A stretch of DNA of 64,000 nucleotides, from the NCBI GenBank assembly GCA_964547375.1, contig CAZJMW010000001.1, positions 2,319 through 66,318 on the forward strand, read 5' to 3'. The position numbers and the translations under genes are program-made. Under the pieces are notes generated by a model that searched no databases, had not been told where the DNA came from, and was given only the letters and a program-made list of their open reading frames with translations. This stretch comes from an uncultured Dehalococcoidales bacterium. GTDB taxonomy: Bacteria > Chloroflexota > Dehalococcoidia > Dehalococcoidales > UBA5627. Positions 28,189-39,152 of this stretch are shown here, piece after piece; position 1 is the stretch's first letter; each line of letters opens with the position of its first letter.

Positions 28189-31100
28189 TTAACGGTTGCG
28201 GTATTCGGGCATCGATAATACATTATAGTTATACTGACCGTTAACAAGCACTTCGGCAACTGCCCTGGCGGTATCCAGTGATGTAAAGCAGGGGATGCGT
28301 CTTTCGGCAGCAGCGCGGCGGATATGGAAGCCGTCTCTCAGTGAAACCCTGCCTCCGGTTATGGTATTAATCACACCGTTAACCGTTCCGTCATGAATTA
28401 TATCTATTACGTTGGGATGCCCTTCATCCAGTTTCTTGGTTATCATCGAAACCGATATTCCGGCGTTGCGTAAAAGTTCGGATGTGCCTTCGGTAGCGTA
28501 TAGCTTGAATCCGGCTTCGTAGAAATTCCTTATTATCGGCAGAGCTTCTGCCTTATCGCGGTCGGCGATACTGAAAAGCATGCTGCCTTTTTCGGGAAGC
28601 ATCAAACCGGCGGCCAGCAAGGCTTTTACCAGCGCTCCGTTAAAGGTGGTATCGATTCCCATAACCTCGCCTGTGGATTTCATCTCCGGCCCCAAATATG
28701 TGTCTACTCCCAGCAGTTTCGACATCGAAAACACCGGGGCCTTGATGGCAATCAGGTTCTTGCTTGGGTACAGCCCTGTCTGGAAACCCTGTTCCTTGAG
28801 GCTTTGTCCGAGCATAACTCTTGTGGCAACATCTACTATCGGTACGCCGGTAACTTTTGATATAAAAGGCACGGTGCGGCTGGCGCGCGGGTTAACCTCC
28901 AGCACATAAATCTTTGATTTACCGGTGCTGTCCCTGACCACATCGAACTGGATATTCATCAGTCCTTTAATGCCGAGGGCCAGACCGATGCGAACCGAGT
29001 AATCGACAATAGTATCGATTTCGGTTTTGGTCAGCTTGATGGCCGGATAAATAGCCGTCGAATCGCCGCTGTGAACACCGGCTCTCTCGATATGTTCCAT
29101 AATACCGGGTATAAAGACGCTTTCACCGTCACCGATGGCATCGATTTCGCACTCTTTACCGAGCAGGTATTTATCGATAAGTACAGGATGACCGGTATCG
29201 AGGTCTGCTGCCAGTTTTACATAACGGGCGAGTTCATTGACGTTGTGAACGATTTCCATGGCTCTGCCGCCCAGCACGTAACTGGGGCGCACCAGTACCG
29301 GGTAGCCGATAAGCTCGGCTATTTTTATGGCTTCTTCAACCGTTGTCACCGCTGCGCCCGGAGCCTGAGGGATGCCCAGTTCGCTTAAGAAGTGTTCGAA
29401 TCTTTTCCTGTCTTCCGCGAGGTCGATTGTCTCGGAACTGGAACCGATAAGCGGCAGTCCCGCCCGTGTCAGCGGAGTAGCCAGGTTGATAGCAGTCTGA
29501 CCGCCGAATTGCACGATACAGGGTGGTTCTACTGCGTTGCTGTTTTCGTCATCCGTATAGTATCCTTCATTCTCGATTATATCCCGCATACTTTCTTCGT
29601 CCAGGGCTTCGAAGTATAGCCTGTCGCTGGTATCGAAGTCGGTGGAGACCGTTTCCGGGTTTGAGTTCACCATAATGCTCTGGTATCCCGCTTTATGCAA
29701 TGCCCAGGCAGAATGTACGCTGCAATAATCGAATTCAATGCCCTGTCCGATACGTATAGGGCCGCTGCCGATTACAATTGCTTTATTGCGGTGTTCACAG
29801 ACTGCTTCGTTTTCTTTTTCATAGCTGCTGTAGAAATAGGGGGTGGCGGCATCGAATTCAGCGGCGCAGGTATCTACCATTTTGTAGACCGGCTTTAATC
29901 CCCAGTCATTTCTTAACTGCCTGACCTGTGCCGTCAGCCTGTCTGCCAGCGTTCCAATCTGGCTGTCGGAAAATCCGTAGCGTTTTGCCTGCCATAATAA
30001 TTCGGGAGTTAAGGATTCTGACAGCAATCTCTTTTCCATATCGATAATATTCCGGAATTTATTCAGGAACCACAGGTCATACCCCGTGTGTTCAGAAATT
30101 TCCTCAACCGATTTTCCGCGGCGCAGCGCAGCCATAACCGCCCATAACCTGAGGTCGTTTGGATATAGTGGATACGATTTTATATCATCCGTAAGTTCCC
30201 ATTTCGGGTCTTCCCATAAAAGAGAACGTTTCCCGAATTCCAGCGAGCGTACTGCCTTTTGTATGGCGGCTTCAAAGCACCTGTCGATAGCCATTACCTC
30301 TCCGGTGGCTTTCATTTGTGTACCGATAACCCTGTCTCCGGATTCGAACTTGTCGAACGGCCAGCGGGGTATCTTGGCTACTATATAGTCGATAGAAGGT
30401 TCGAAAGAAGCCATAGTTTTACCGGTAACGGCATTGGGGATTTCATCCAGCCTCTTGCCGATAGCGATTTTGGAGGCAACACGGGCAATCGGGTAGCCGG
30501 TAGCCTTACTGGCAAGCGCGGAACTGCGGCTGACACGCGGGTTTACTTCAATTACAAAATACTTGTCGCTCTTCGGGTCGAGGGCAAACTGCACGTTGCA
30601 TCCGCCTTCTACGCCCAGTGCGCGAATAATTTTAAGGCTGGCAGTTCTCAGCATCTGGCATTCTTTGTTGGTGAGCGTCTGGGTGGGCGCCACAACAATG
30701 CTGTCGCCGGTATGTACACCCATCGGGTCGATATTTTCCATATTACAGATGGTAATGCAGTTGTTGGCGCCGTCACGCATCACCTCGTATTCGATTTCCT
30801 TCCAGCCGACAAGTGACTTTTCCAGGAGTACCTGGTGAATCGGGCTGGCATTAAGCCCTGTGGTAACAACCTCATCGAACTCTTCCCAGGTGTTGGCAAA
30901 TCCGCCGCCTGTTCCACCGAGTGTATAAGCGGGACGGATAACCAGCGGTAATTCCAATCGCTGTGCAACTTCATGAGCTTCCTTGAGATTCTTTACCGTA
31001 GCGCTGGGCGGTACCGGTTCTCCGATTTCCTCAAGCATTTCCTTGAAGAGTTCCCTGTCTTCGCCCTTGCGTATGGCTTCAATCGGGGTTCCCAGTGATT

Positions 31101-31434
31101 TGACGTTATACTTTTCAAGCACTCCGGCATCAGCCAGGTCAACCGCCAGATTTAAACCGGTTTGTCCTCCAAGCGTAGGCAGCAGACCATCGGGGCGTTC
31201 CTTTTCTATAATACGGGTAATAACTTCGACGGTAAGCGGTTCTATATATACGAAATCGGCAATATCGTCGTCAGTCATGATGGTAGCCGGGTTTGAGTTG
31301 ACAAGTATGGAGATAATCCCCTCTTCCCGCATGGCTTTGCAGGCCTGAGTTCCGGCATAGTCGAACTCTGCCGCCTGACCGATAACGATTGGCCCCGAAC
31401 CGATAATCAATACTTTTTTAGGTTTGTCAGTCAT
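28189..31434 (-). CDS. carB: Carbamoyl-phosphate synthase large subunit
   Basis: ~1080 aa with duplicated ATP-grasp halves and a C-terminal MGS-like domain. I prefer ATG 31434 ([15 protein letters not shown]). Confidence 0.95.
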   Translation of the reverse strand: MTDKPKKVLIIGSGPIVIGQAAEFDYAGTQACKAMREEGIISILVNSNPATIMTDDDIADFVYIEPLTVEVITRIIEKERPDGLLPTLGGQTGLNLAVDLADAGVLEKYNVKSLGTPIEAIRKGEDRELFKEMLEEIGEPVPPSATVKNLKEAHEVAQRLELPLVIRPAYTLGGTGGGFANTWEEFDEVVTTGLNASPIHQVLLEKSLVGWKEIEYEVMRDGANNCITICNMENIDPMGVHTGDSIVVAPTQTLTNKECQMLRTASLKIIRALGVEGGCNVQFALDPKSDKYFVIEVNPRVSRSSALASKATGYPIARVASKIAIGKRLDEIPNAVTGKTMASFEPSIDYIVAKIPRWPFDKFESGDRVIGTQMKATGEVMAIDRCFEAAIQKAVRSLEFGKRSLLWEDPKWELTDDIKSYPLYPNDLRLWAVMAALRRGKSVEEISEHTGYDLWFLNKFRNIIDMEKRLLSESLTPELLWQAKRYGFSDSQIGTLADRLTAQVRQLRNDWGLKPVYKMVDTCAAEFDAATPYFYSSYEKENEAVCEHRNKAIVIGSGPIRIGQGIEFDYCSVHSAWALHKAGYQSIMVNSNPETVSTDFDTSDRLYFEALDEESMRDIIENEGYYTDDENSNAVEPPCIVQFGGQTAINLATPLTRAGLPLIGSSSETIDLAEDRKRFEHFLSELGIPQAPGAAVTTVEEAIKIAELIGYPVLVRPSYVLGGRAMEIVHNVNELARYVKLAADLDTGHPVLIDKYLLGKECEIDAIGDGESVFIPGIMEHIERAGVHSGDSTAIYPAIKLTKTEIDTIVDYSVRIGLALGIKGLMNIQFDVVRDSTGKSKIYVLEVNPRASRTVPFISKVTGVPIVDVATRVMLGQSLKEQGFQTGLYPSKNLIAIKAPVFSMSKLLGVDTYLGPEMKSTGEVMGIDTTFNGALVKALLAAGLMLPEKGSMLFSIADRDKAEALPIIRNFYEAGFKLYATEGTSELLRNAGISVSMITKKLDEGHPNVIDIIHDGTVNGVINTITGGRVSLRDGFHIRRAAAERRIPCFTSLDTARAVAEVLVNGQYNYNVLSMPEYRNR

Positions 31435-31546
31435 TTGTTTCCCTTTCAAGTTTTCTGCTGTCCTTCTGGTACTGTTTTGTTACTATTCTCTTTTAAATCC
31501 CTCTCAATCTCCCTGTGCACAAAAGAGAGAATCCTATACTTTATAA

Positions 31547-31650
31547 TGTCTTGCTGGAGTCCCGACTTGTCGGGACGAAGTATCTGGGGTTGGTGAGGAT
31601 TACTCCTCCCCCAGGATTCTTCAGTCGTTTCACTCCTTCCAGAATGACAG
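31547..31650. repeat. Family-3 inverted-repeat element (104 bp) in the carA-carB spacer
   Basis: TGTCTTGCTGGAG-TCCCGACTTGTCGGGA-CGAAG...CTGGGG..CCCCAG...CCAGAATGACAG. Related to the copy at 38728-38837. Confidence 0.8.
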
Positions 31651-31658
31651 TTCCCTTC

Positions 31659-32750
31659 TTATCTGCTCTTATCAATCATTCCTAAAAACTGTTTAAAGAG
31701 ATAAGTCGTATCCAGCGGGCCGGGAGATGCTTCCGAGTGATACTGGATACCGAAAATCGGCAGTTCCTTGTGTCTGACACCCTCTACCGTGCCGTCATTA
31801 AGGTTGATAAAACTGACTTCAAGCCCGTTTGACACCGTATCCGGGTCTAAGGCAAAGCCATGATTCTGGGCGGTAATGTGAATTCTGCCGTTAGAAAGTT
31901 CCTTAACCGGGTGATTGCCGCCGCGGTGACCGAACTTCAGTTTAAAAGTTTTAGCCCCGAAAGCGCGTCCTATCAACTGGTTGCCGAGGCAGATGCCCAT
32001 AATCGGCTTTCTTTCAATAAGCATTTTTACGTTATCGACAATATAATCTAAAAGTTCGGGATTTCCCGGTCCGGGTGACAGCAATATACCATCCGGATTA
32101 ATTTTCAGTATTTCACTTGCCGGTGTATCACATGGAAATACCTTTAAGCTGCAATTGAGTGCGCTTAACTTTCTAAGTATGCTGAATTTTAAACCGCAAT
32201 CCAGAACGGCAATTGTATAGGCGCTTTCAGTACACTTTTCAGCTTGCCAGTCATAAATTTCGGGTGATGAAACCTTGTGTACAAAATCGGTGTTGCTGTA
32301 ATCCGGCTTCAACTTTATTTCGGCTAAAGCCTGCTGCGGTGTCTTTTCACAGGTTATAATGCCTCGCATAACGCCGCATGAACGTAAAAGTCTTGTAATT
32401 GCACGCGTATCTATTCCGTGTATTCCGGAAATACCGTTATCAGCCAGGTAATCATGAATATTATTTCTACTCTGATAGTGGCTGGGTTCCTCGCATTCTT
32501 CCCTGACAACGAATCCGCTGACCTGTATCCGTTTGGATTCAAAGTCGTTATCATTAATACCGTAATTTCCTATCATGGGATATGTCGGCACTACGATTTG
32601 CCCGGCATAGGACGGGTCGGTCAGTATTTCCTGGTAACCTGACATGCTGGTATTGAATACCACTTCCCCATAGGTTTCCGTATCAGACCCGAAAGAATAG
32701 CCCTCAAAAATCGAACCGTCTTCCAGTACCAGAATAGCTTTTTTGTTCAC
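31659..32750 (-). CDS. carA: Carbamoyl-phosphate synthase small (glutamine amidotransferase) subunit
   Basis: GATase active site GICLGNQL. 4-nt overlap with pyrC. Confidence 0.95.
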   Translation of the reverse strand: MNKKAILVLEDGSIFEGYSFGSDTETYGEVVFNTSMSGYQEILTDPSYAGQIVVPTYPMIGNYGINDNDFESKRIQVSGFVVREECEEPSHYQSRNNIHDYLADNGISGIHGIDTRAITRLLRSCGVMRGIITCEKTPQQALAEIKLKPDYSNTDFVHKVSSPEIYDWQAEKCTESAYTIAVLDCGLKFSILRKLSALNCSLKVFPCDTPASEILKINPDGILLSPGPGNPELLDYIVDNVKMLIERKPIMGICLGNQLIGRAFGAKTFKLKFGHRGGNHPVKELSNGRIHITAQNHGFALDPDTVSNGLEVSFINLNDGTVEGVRHKELPIFGIQYHSEASPGPLDTTYLFKQFLGMIDKSR

Positions 32751-34066
32751 GCTTTAACTCCTAGTTTTACCGAATTGTCTTTATAAACCACGTTACCGTT
32801 AAATATTGTCGCCATGACTTTACCCTTTAACTTATGACCGTTAAGGGGGGTATTTTTACCCTTTGAATAAAAGTCTTTTATATTTACCGTCCATTCCGCA
32901 TCGGGGTCGAATATGGTGATATCAGCCATTGTTCCTTCTTCAAGTGTACCCAGTTTGCCGAACCTGTTACCGATAATTTTTGCCGGCTCCGTGGTCATTT
33001 TGGATATTAACAGATTGATGTCGATATCACCTTTATGAAAAAGCTTCATCAAGCTGCCCAACGCCGTTTCGAAACCGCTGATGCCGAACGGGGCCTTTGA
33101 GAATTCACACAGTTTTTCATTTGCGGTATGCGGGGCGTGGTCGGTGGCAATGATGTCGATAGTGCCGTCTTTAAGTCCCGAAATCAGTGCCTGGATATCT
33201 TTTCGGGTGCGCAGCGGAGGATTGACCTTGGCATTGGTATCATAACCGAGTACCATTTCCTCATCCATTGTCAGGTGATGGGGTGTTACCTCCGCAGTTA
33301 TTTTTACGCTGTCCTTTTTAGCATTGCGGACAAGCTCAACCGAACCCTGTGTACTGATATGACAGATATGAATCCTGGCTCCTGTCAGTTTTGCCAGGGC
33401 AATATTCCTGGCGATGATGTTTTCTTCAGCCGCATTGGGAATTCCTCTCAAGCCAAGCCGTGTAGCAATTATACCTTCATTGATTTTGCCGCCTTCCGAA
33501 AGCATGGCATCCTCGCAGTGGTCGCTAATGGGCAGGTCGAATATGGTGCTGTATTCGAGCGCCTGTTTCATTATGCGCGAATCGGCAATAGTCGAGCCGT
33601 CATCGCTTACGGCAACCACACCGGCTTCAGCCAGTTCTCCCATATCAGCCAGTTCCTTACCGGCACGGCCTTTGGTAATACATCCTATTGGCAGAACACG
33701 TATACAGGCTTCTGCAGCAGAGGTAGCTTTGATATAATCTACGGTTGCTTTGTTATCTAGGGGAGGTTCGGTATTGGGCATGCAGCAAATGGTGGTAAAA
33801 CCTCCTCTGGCAGCCGCTTTGCTTCCCGTTGCAATGGTTTCTTTTTCCTCGAATCCGGGTTGCCTTAAATGGCAATGGAAATCGATAAACCCTGGACAGA
33901 CGACCATTCCTTTTGCATCCAGTATGGTACAATCCGCAGGGATTTCATCAATACTCGCTGCGATTTCCTTTATTTTACCGTCGTTTATCAGTAAATCTCC
34001 CGTCATGTCCATGTCCTGCGACGGGTCGATGATGCGGCCGTTTTTTATAAGTGTCGGTTTATTCAT
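32747..34066 (-). CDS. pyrC: Dihydroorotase
   Basis: Metal-binding DFHCHLR motif and TDHAPH. Confidence 0.9.
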   Translation of the reverse strand: MNKPTLIKNGRIIDPSQDMDMTGDLLINDGKIKEIAASIDEIPADCTILDAKGMVVCPGFIDFHCHLRQPGFEEKETIATGSKAAARGGFTTICCMPNTEPPLDNKATVDYIKATSAAEACIRVLPIGCITKGRAGKELADMGELAEAGVVAVSDDGSTIADSRIMKQALEYSTIFDLPISDHCEDAMLSEGGKINEGIIATRLGLRGIPNAAEENIIARNIALAKLTGARIHICHISTQGSVELVRNAKKDSVKITAEVTPHHLTMDEEMVLGYDTNAKVNPPLRTRKDIQALISGLKDGTIDIIATDHAPHTANEKLCEFSKAPFGISGFETALGSLMKLFHKGDIDINLLISKMTTEPAKIIGNRFGKLGTLEEGTMADITIFDPDAEWTVNIKDFYSKGKNTPLNGHKLKGKVMATIFNGNVVYKDNSVKLGVKA

Positions 34067-35066
34067 TGTGACTGCCTCCGGCTAACAGATAGAACAATGC
34101 CATACGCACGGCTACTCCATTGGTAACCTGTTCGGTAATTACCGATTTTTCCCCGTGGACTAATGCGGATGCAATTTCTATATCTTCATTCACAGGACCC
34201 GGATGCATTACGATTACATCCTTATCAGCTTTAGATAACCTTTCTTCGGTAATTTGATAAAGTCTGGCGTACTCTCTTATACTGGGTAACAGTCCGCTTT
34301 GCTGTCTTTCAAGCTGCAATCTCAGCCCTATGACTACATCGGCTCCTTTAATCGCCTTATCGATATCTGTCGTAACTGTTACCCTGGGAAAATACGGTTG
34401 CGGATTATCCATGCCTTTCGGTATTAATGTAGAAGGTCCGCAGATGGTGACATCGGCTCCCATTTTAGTCAGGCTCCAGATATTGGAATGGGCGACACGG
34501 CTGTGAATGATATCGCCGATAATCGTTACCTTCAGGTTTTTTATACTGTTTTTATATTTCAGCATTGTGTACATATCGAGCAATGCCTGCGTGGGGTGGG
34601 CATGCCAGCCGTCTCCGGCATTTATTATACTGGCCTTGATATGTTTGGATGCCAGGTTGGGTGCGCCTGAACATGGATGCCTCATTACCACAATGTCGGC
34701 GCCGAGCGCTTCCATAGTTTCCAGCGTATCGATAAGGCTTTCGCCCTTGGTGACACTGGAGGACGAAACTGTCAGGTTGCTGATATCGGCGCTCAGGTTC
34801 TTGGCAGCCAGTTCAAAAGAGGAGCGCGTGCGCGTGCTGGCCTCGTAGAAAAGGGTAACCACCGTTTTACCGCGCAGAGTGGGCACCTTTTTTATCGGGC
34901 GAGAAAGAATTTCATGCATGGCATCCGTAGTTTGCATTACCAGGTCTATTTCCGCCGGGGTAAAGTCATCGAGGTCGAGAATGTGCTTATGTTTCCACAC
35001 TTTTTGCCCGGGCTGCGGATTCTCGACTTTCATGTCTATTTCTTTCAATTGTTTTACTGCTTCCAT
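34059..35066 (-). CDS. pyrB: Aspartate carbamoyltransferase catalytic subunit
   Basis: STRTR motif ([11 protein letters not shown]), HPTQ and MHPGP. GGGAGGG SD 7 nt before ATG 35066. Confidence 0.95.
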   Translation of the reverse strand: MEAVKQLKEIDMKVENPQPGQKVWKHKHILDLDDFTPAEIDLVMQTTDAMHEILSRPIKKVPTLRGKTVVTLFYEASTRTRSSFELAAKNLSADISNLTVSSSSVTKGESLIDTLETMEALGADIVVMRHPCSGAPNLASKHIKASIINAGDGWHAHPTQALLDMYTMLKYKNSIKNLKVTIIGDIIHSRVAHSNIWSLTKMGADVTICGPSTLIPKGMDNPQPYFPRVTVTTDIDKAIKGADVVIGLRLQLERQQSGLLPSIREYARLYQITEERLSKADKDVIVMHPGPVNEDIEIASALVHGEKSVITEQVTNGVAVRMALFYLLAGGSHNE

Positions 35067-35068
35067 GA

Positions 35069-35617
35069 TTAACCCTCCCTTCCGGGTTTGGGGATAATTG
35101 CTACTTCATCGAGTCCGTCAGTTTCTGTCAGGCGAACCTGTATTTCTTCATCCTTGGAAGAGGGGATATTCTTGCCGACATAGTCTGCGCGTATCGGCAG
35201 TTCGCGATGACCGCGGTCAACCAGTACCGCCAACTGTATGGAAAGCGGGCGCCCTAAATCTATAATTGCATCCAGAGCTGCCCGTGCGCTGCGCCCGGTA
35301 TACAGGACATCGTCAACCAAAACGATTACTTTTCCGTCTACGCTGGAGGGGATATCGGTGCTTTTAATTACCAGCGGGATATCCTGAGATGAAATATCAT
35401 CGCGGTACAGGCTGAAATCGAGGATACCGACAGGAATTTTTATTCCTTCAAATGATTCGATATCCGATGCAAGACGGTTGGCAAGGGGAACACCGCGCGT
35501 GCGCATCCCGACCAGGATGATATTTTTTGTAGATTTATTATGCTCGATGATTTCGTGTGAAATTCGGGCCAGCGTACGCTTGATGTCGGCTTCCGTCAGA
35601 ATTATTTTTTTGGTCAT
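35069..35617 (-). CDS. pyrR: Bifunctional pyrimidine operon regulator / uracil phosphoribosyltransferase PyrR
   Basis: I prefer ATG 35617 ([23 protein letters not shown]). PRPP motif [12 protein letters not shown]. The track's longer N-terminus covers the leader terminator. Confidence 0.9.
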   Translation of the reverse strand: MTKKIILTEADIKRTLARISHEIIEHNKSTKNIILVGMRTRGVPLANRLASDIESFEGIKIPVGILDFSLYRDDISSQDIPLVIKSTDIPSSVDGKVIVLVDDVLYTGRSARAALDAIIDLGRPLSIQLAVLVDRGHRELPIRADYVGKNIPSSKDEEIQVRLTETDGLDEVAIIPKPGREG

Positions 35618-35700
35618 AAAAAAACCCCTTACTGTAACATTGCCAGCAAGAGGTAAACTCGCGTACATTCACATTACCCTTGCCAGCCTCTCTGGACTAG
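35618..35700 (-). promoter_or_regulatory. PyrR-dependent transcription attenuator (binding loop plus intrinsic terminator)
   Basis: The minus strand carries AGTCCAGAGAGGCT (35698-35685), the consensus PyrR-binding sequence. An 11-bp terminator stem follows, ACCTCTTGCTG (35654-35644) / CAGTAAGGGGT (35634-35624), then T7 directly before the ATG. Confidence 0.85.
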
Positions 35701-35847
35701 CGTTAAAGGTGTTATTTAACTGGAAATTATTATATCACTCCATATATCGATAATGCAAAGAAAAAATATAATATTTTTATTTACAGTTATTCTTTATTTC
35801 CGGTATTAACTCAGAAACCACCATTTTAATCTGGGCACAAATTCTTC

Positions 35848-36309
35848 TTACATCATCAGGGGTTTTATTTTTTGTGTTAATCCTTTAATTACCATACCGC
35901 CTGCAACAACCGATAAAATATTCTGTACTATCGACGAATTAGACAGCGCTCCAACAATTAAACTAAAGCTTCCCGCCCCATAAGTGAACGGGAAATTTAT
36001 CCCAAAGAGCATTACGAATGTCCAGGTCGGAATCAGGCTGATCACAAATAACAGTATTCCGAAGGCGCACAACGCCGAAAAGCTTACGCGTATTTCTTTT
36101 TTTACTAACATTAACGTTTTACGCCACTCTGTCAACACGCCAAACAAAAAGGCAAATGCCGCGCCGAGAATATGCCACATAATGAGCCCGTCTATATCAA
36201 ACTTTTTCATAAATTCATTCATATGAAGTTGTGCTGTGGCAACAAGATTTAATAGCAATATTCCCAAAGCTACAACGATAATGTAAGGAATAATCTTTCC
36301 AGTTTTCAT
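35848..36309 (-). CDS. Integral membrane protein (4-5 TM), hypothetical
   Basis: Hydrophobic 153-aa ORF. GGAG upstream of the ATG. Confidence 0.55.
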   Translation of the reverse strand: MKTGKIIPYIIVVALGILLLNLVATAQLHMNEFMKKFDIDGLIMWHILGAAFAFLFGVLTEWRKTLMLVKKEIRVSFSALCAFGILLFVISLIPTWTFVMLFGINFPFTYGAGSFSLIVGALSNSSIVQNILSVVAGGMVIKGLTQKIKPLMM

Positions 36310-36465
36310 AACATTCTACTTCTCCAAATATATACAACCTTTATATACATCATATAGGATAAATCAAGTTAATATTGATGTCAATACTATTTTGTATAAA
36401 GACGATAAAAAATCAGGGCAAAATGCGAGGGGATTATTATAACGTTCTTCTAAGAGACAGACGCC

Positions 36466-36885
36466 TTATTTTATAGCGGCATCATTTTCAATATCGGCTA
36501 TTAAGTCGACAACTCTTCTCTTTATCTCATCCCGAATCCTTTTCACGTCGTCAATGGATTTTCCCTGCGGGTCTTCCAGTGCCCAGTCCTCGGTCTCTAT
36601 AAACCTGGCGGGGCAAACCCCCTCGGTATCTGCGCCGCAGCCCATGGTAATCATCCTGTCCGCAGATTGCACCATTGCCATCGTAAGTATTTTAGGTTTA
36701 TTGTTACTGATATCTATTCCCAATTCCTGCATTGCTTCAACAACTATCGGATTAACACTATCAGACGGAAGGGTTCCGGCAGAGATAGCCTTTGCTTTGC
36801 CTTGAGCCATCTGATTGAAGAAAGCCTCTGCCATCTGGCTTCTGCCGGAGTTATGGACGCAGACGAACAGTACGGTTTTAATCAT
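36466..36885 (-). CDS. arsC: Arsenate reductase, LMW-PTPase/thioredoxin-coupled type
   Basis: CVHNSGRSQMAE P-loop plus downstream Cys pair in MGCGADTEGVCP. 4-nt overlap with ygiQ. Confidence 0.8.
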   Translation of the reverse strand: MIKTVLFVCVHNSGRSQMAEAFFNQMAQGKAKAISAGTLPSDSVNPIVVEAMQELGIDISNNKPKILTMAMVQSADRMITMGCGADTEGVCPARFIETEDWALEDPQGKSIDDVKRIRDEIKRRVVDLIADIENDAAIK

Positions 36886-38594
36886 CTGTGCCCCCCGGAA
36901 GACTTTTGTAATACGACATCCTTCTGTTGTTCTTTCCGGTGCGGGTCTTTTTCAACAAACAACTTTTTACCGATAAACGGGTCGGTTTCGGTATAGTACA
37001 TCAATGCCGAATAGGTGGAGGGAGCCGGGCAGAATATCTGTACCTGCTCAGGGTTCATCTTAAGCTCACGGCCGGCAAAGCGTTTTAAGCTGTTCATATC
37101 GTTTAGTGTGCAGCCGGGATGGGCAGCAATTAAGTAATATGTCAGGAACTGCTCTTTTTTTGCCCTGCGATTAATGCTCTCAAACAACTCCTTGAATTGT
37201 AAAAGCAGAGCCTTGCCGGGCTTTCCCATCCTTTGCAGGACGCTGTCCTCGGTATGTTCGGGAGCAATTTTCATCTGCCCGGAAATATGGTATTTTACCA
37301 ACTCCTCAAGATAATCCTTGCCGTACTGTTTATCACTTAACAGCAGGTCATAACGGATTCCCGATCCCACAAAAACCTTTTTTACTCCGGGTATGCGCCT
37401 GATTTTGCGCAGCAATTCGATTTGGGGATTATGATTTGCTTTCAATGACGGGCAAATCTGTGGGTAGAGGCAGCGTTTATCTGTACAGCTTCCTGTTTTT
37501 AGTTTTTTAGTGCATTCGTAGCCGTACATATTAGCAGTAGGCCCGCCGACATCGACGATGTATCCCTTGAAATCGGGGAGTGAGGAGATTTTTTGCGCTT
37601 CGTTGAGAATGGACTTCTGGCTGCGCCATTGCACCGTTCGGCCTTCGTGAACCGTAATAGCGCAGAAGTTGCACTCACCGTAGCAGCCGCGGTGGGTCGA
37701 AACGGAAAACTTGATGGTTTCCAGCGCTTTCACTTTTCCCTGGCGTTCGTAATAAGGGTGCTGGGCGCGTTCGAAATCGAGTGCGTATACCCCGTCAAGC
37801 TCCTGTTGAGTAAGCGGAAGGGCGGGCGGATTATGAACCAGGTAACGCGTTCCGTGTTTTTGATAAAGTCCTTTGGCAGTAAAAGCATCATTATTGCGGT
37901 AAAACGTATGGAACATGTTTATAAATGCTTTATTATCGGTCTTAACAGTATCGTAGGCAGGTAGTTCGAGGTAGTCTACTGGGATATCCTGCTCCTTGCC
38001 TGCAATATAACACAGCCCCCTGATTTTCCTCGCATCCTCACCGGACTTTATCGCGTAGGCAAACTGTATAACGGATTTATCTGCCATGCCGTAGAGCAGG
38101 TAATCCGCTTTCGCATCGAAGAGGATGGAGGAACGCACGCTGTCAGACCAGAAGTCGTAATGGGCAATGCGGCGCAGGCTGGCTTCGATGCCGCCGAGCA
38201 GAATCGGTTTATTGCTTTTAAAATATTGCTTGATAAGGTTGGTATAAATAATAGCTGCCCGGTCGGGACGACGGTTATTGATTCCTCCCGGGGTGTAATC
38301 ATCGCTCTTTCTTTTCTTCTTCAGTGACGTATAGTTGGCAATCATCGAATCGATGCTGCCTCCGGAAACTCCCCAGAAAAGGCGCGGTTCTCCCAGCCTG
38401 GTGATATCTTTTTCGGAATGGATATCAGGTTGTGCGATTACAGCGACACGGTATCCGGCGTCGGCAAGCACCTTACCGATAACGGCAATGCCGATAAACG
38501 GGCTGTCGATATAGCTATCGCCGGTTACCAGGATGATATCCGGCTGATGCCATTTAAGGCTATTCAATTCGTCACGCGTAGTAGGTAAGAACAT
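36882..38594 (-). CDS. ygiQ: YgiQ family radical SAM protein (UPF0313)
   Basis: 570 aa. Radical SAM cysteine motif CYGECNFC. N- and C-terminal YgiQ-type extensions. Confidence 0.8.
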   Translation of the reverse strand: MFLPTTRDELNSLKWHQPDIILVTGDSYIDSPFIGIAVIGKVLADAGYRVAVIAQPDIHSEKDITRLGEPRLFWGVSGGSIDSMIANYTSLKKKRKSDDYTPGGINNRRPDRAAIIYTNLIKQYFKSNKPILLGGIEASLRRIAHYDFWSDSVRSSILFDAKADYLLYGMADKSVIQFAYAIKSGEDARKIRGLCYIAGKEQDIPVDYLELPAYDTVKTDNKAFINMFHTFYRNNDAFTAKGLYQKHGTRYLVHNPPALPLTQQELDGVYALDFERAQHPYYERQGKVKALETIKFSVSTHRGCYGECNFCAITVHEGRTVQWRSQKSILNEAQKISSLPDFKGYIVDVGGPTANMYGYECTKKLKTGSCTDKRCLYPQICPSLKANHNPQIELLRKIRRIPGVKKVFVGSGIRYDLLLSDKQYGKDYLEELVKYHISGQMKIAPEHTEDSVLQRMGKPGKALLLQFKELFESINRRAKKEQFLTYYLIAAHPGCTLNDMNSLKRFAGRELKMNPEQVQIFCPAPSTYSALMYYTETDPFIGKKLFVEKDPHRKEQQKDVVLQKSSGGHR

Positions 38595-38727
38595 TTATCC
38601 CTTTTCCTGATTATAATAGTGCATTATACACTGATGAATCGGTTTCTCTAAATACTATCGGCTATCGCTATGGCTTGATGGCCTTCTTTATTAATGCTCG
38701 GGATAGGCATAACAAGTATAAAACAGT

Positions 38728-38837
38728 CTGTCATCATGGAGTCCCGACTCGTCGGGACGATGAATCTGGGGGGTGGGGATATAATACCACCCTTCCCGGG
38801 ATACTTCGTCCGCCTGCGGCGTCCTCCAGCAAGACAG
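38728..38837. repeat. Family-3 inverted-repeat element (110 bp)
   Basis: CTGTCATCATGGAG-TCCCGACTCGTCGGGA-CGATG...CTGGGG..CCCGGG...CTCCAGCAAGACAG. The track ORF 38648..38866 is an artefact of this element. Confidence 0.8.
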
Positions 38838-38890
38838 TTTAAATGCCTATGATTTGAATCTGACAAATCGGTATTTCGCCATGACGTCCT

Positions 38891-39139
38891 TTATTCCTTT
38901 GCCAGTGCCGTTGTAATAAAGCCGGTAATCTCAGCTTTGCTCGGCACTTTACCGGAACTGACAACTGTTTCGTTTATCACCAGCCCCGGGGTAGTTAGAA
39001 TCGGGTACTCCATGATGCTGGTAATATTTTTGACATAATATATTTCGGCATCGATCTCCAAGTCTTTAACAGCTTCTTTAACTAATTGCTCCAGTTGGTG
39101 GCACTTGGCACAACCGCTTCCCAAAATCTTGATTTCCAT
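38891..39139 (-). CDS. Thioredoxin-fold protein (redox-active disulfide protein 2-like)
   Basis: I prefer ATG 39139 (MEIKILGSGCAKCHQLE), preceded by AAAGGAGAG. CxxC motif. About 82 aa. Confidence 0.8.
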   Translation of the reverse strand: MEIKILGSGCAKCHQLEQLVKEAVKDLEIDAEIYYVKNITSIMEYPILTTPGLVINETVVSSGKVPSKAEITGFITTALAKE

Positions 39140-39152
39140 TATTTCTCTCCTT

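Noticed and set aside
35618-35668. Longer PyrR N-terminus ([17 protein letters not shown]...) from the ORF track
   Set aside because: This segment is the leader terminator hairpin and U-tract of the PyrR attenuator. The conserved PyrR sequence begins at MTKKIIL (35617).
38648-38866. 72-aa ORF, and similar ORFs at 14993..15211, 16519..16713, 16533..16751 and 45599..45979
   Set aside because: They lie across the intergenic repeat elements, and their translations merely reflect the palindromic GC-rich modules. None has an SD or protein-like composition.
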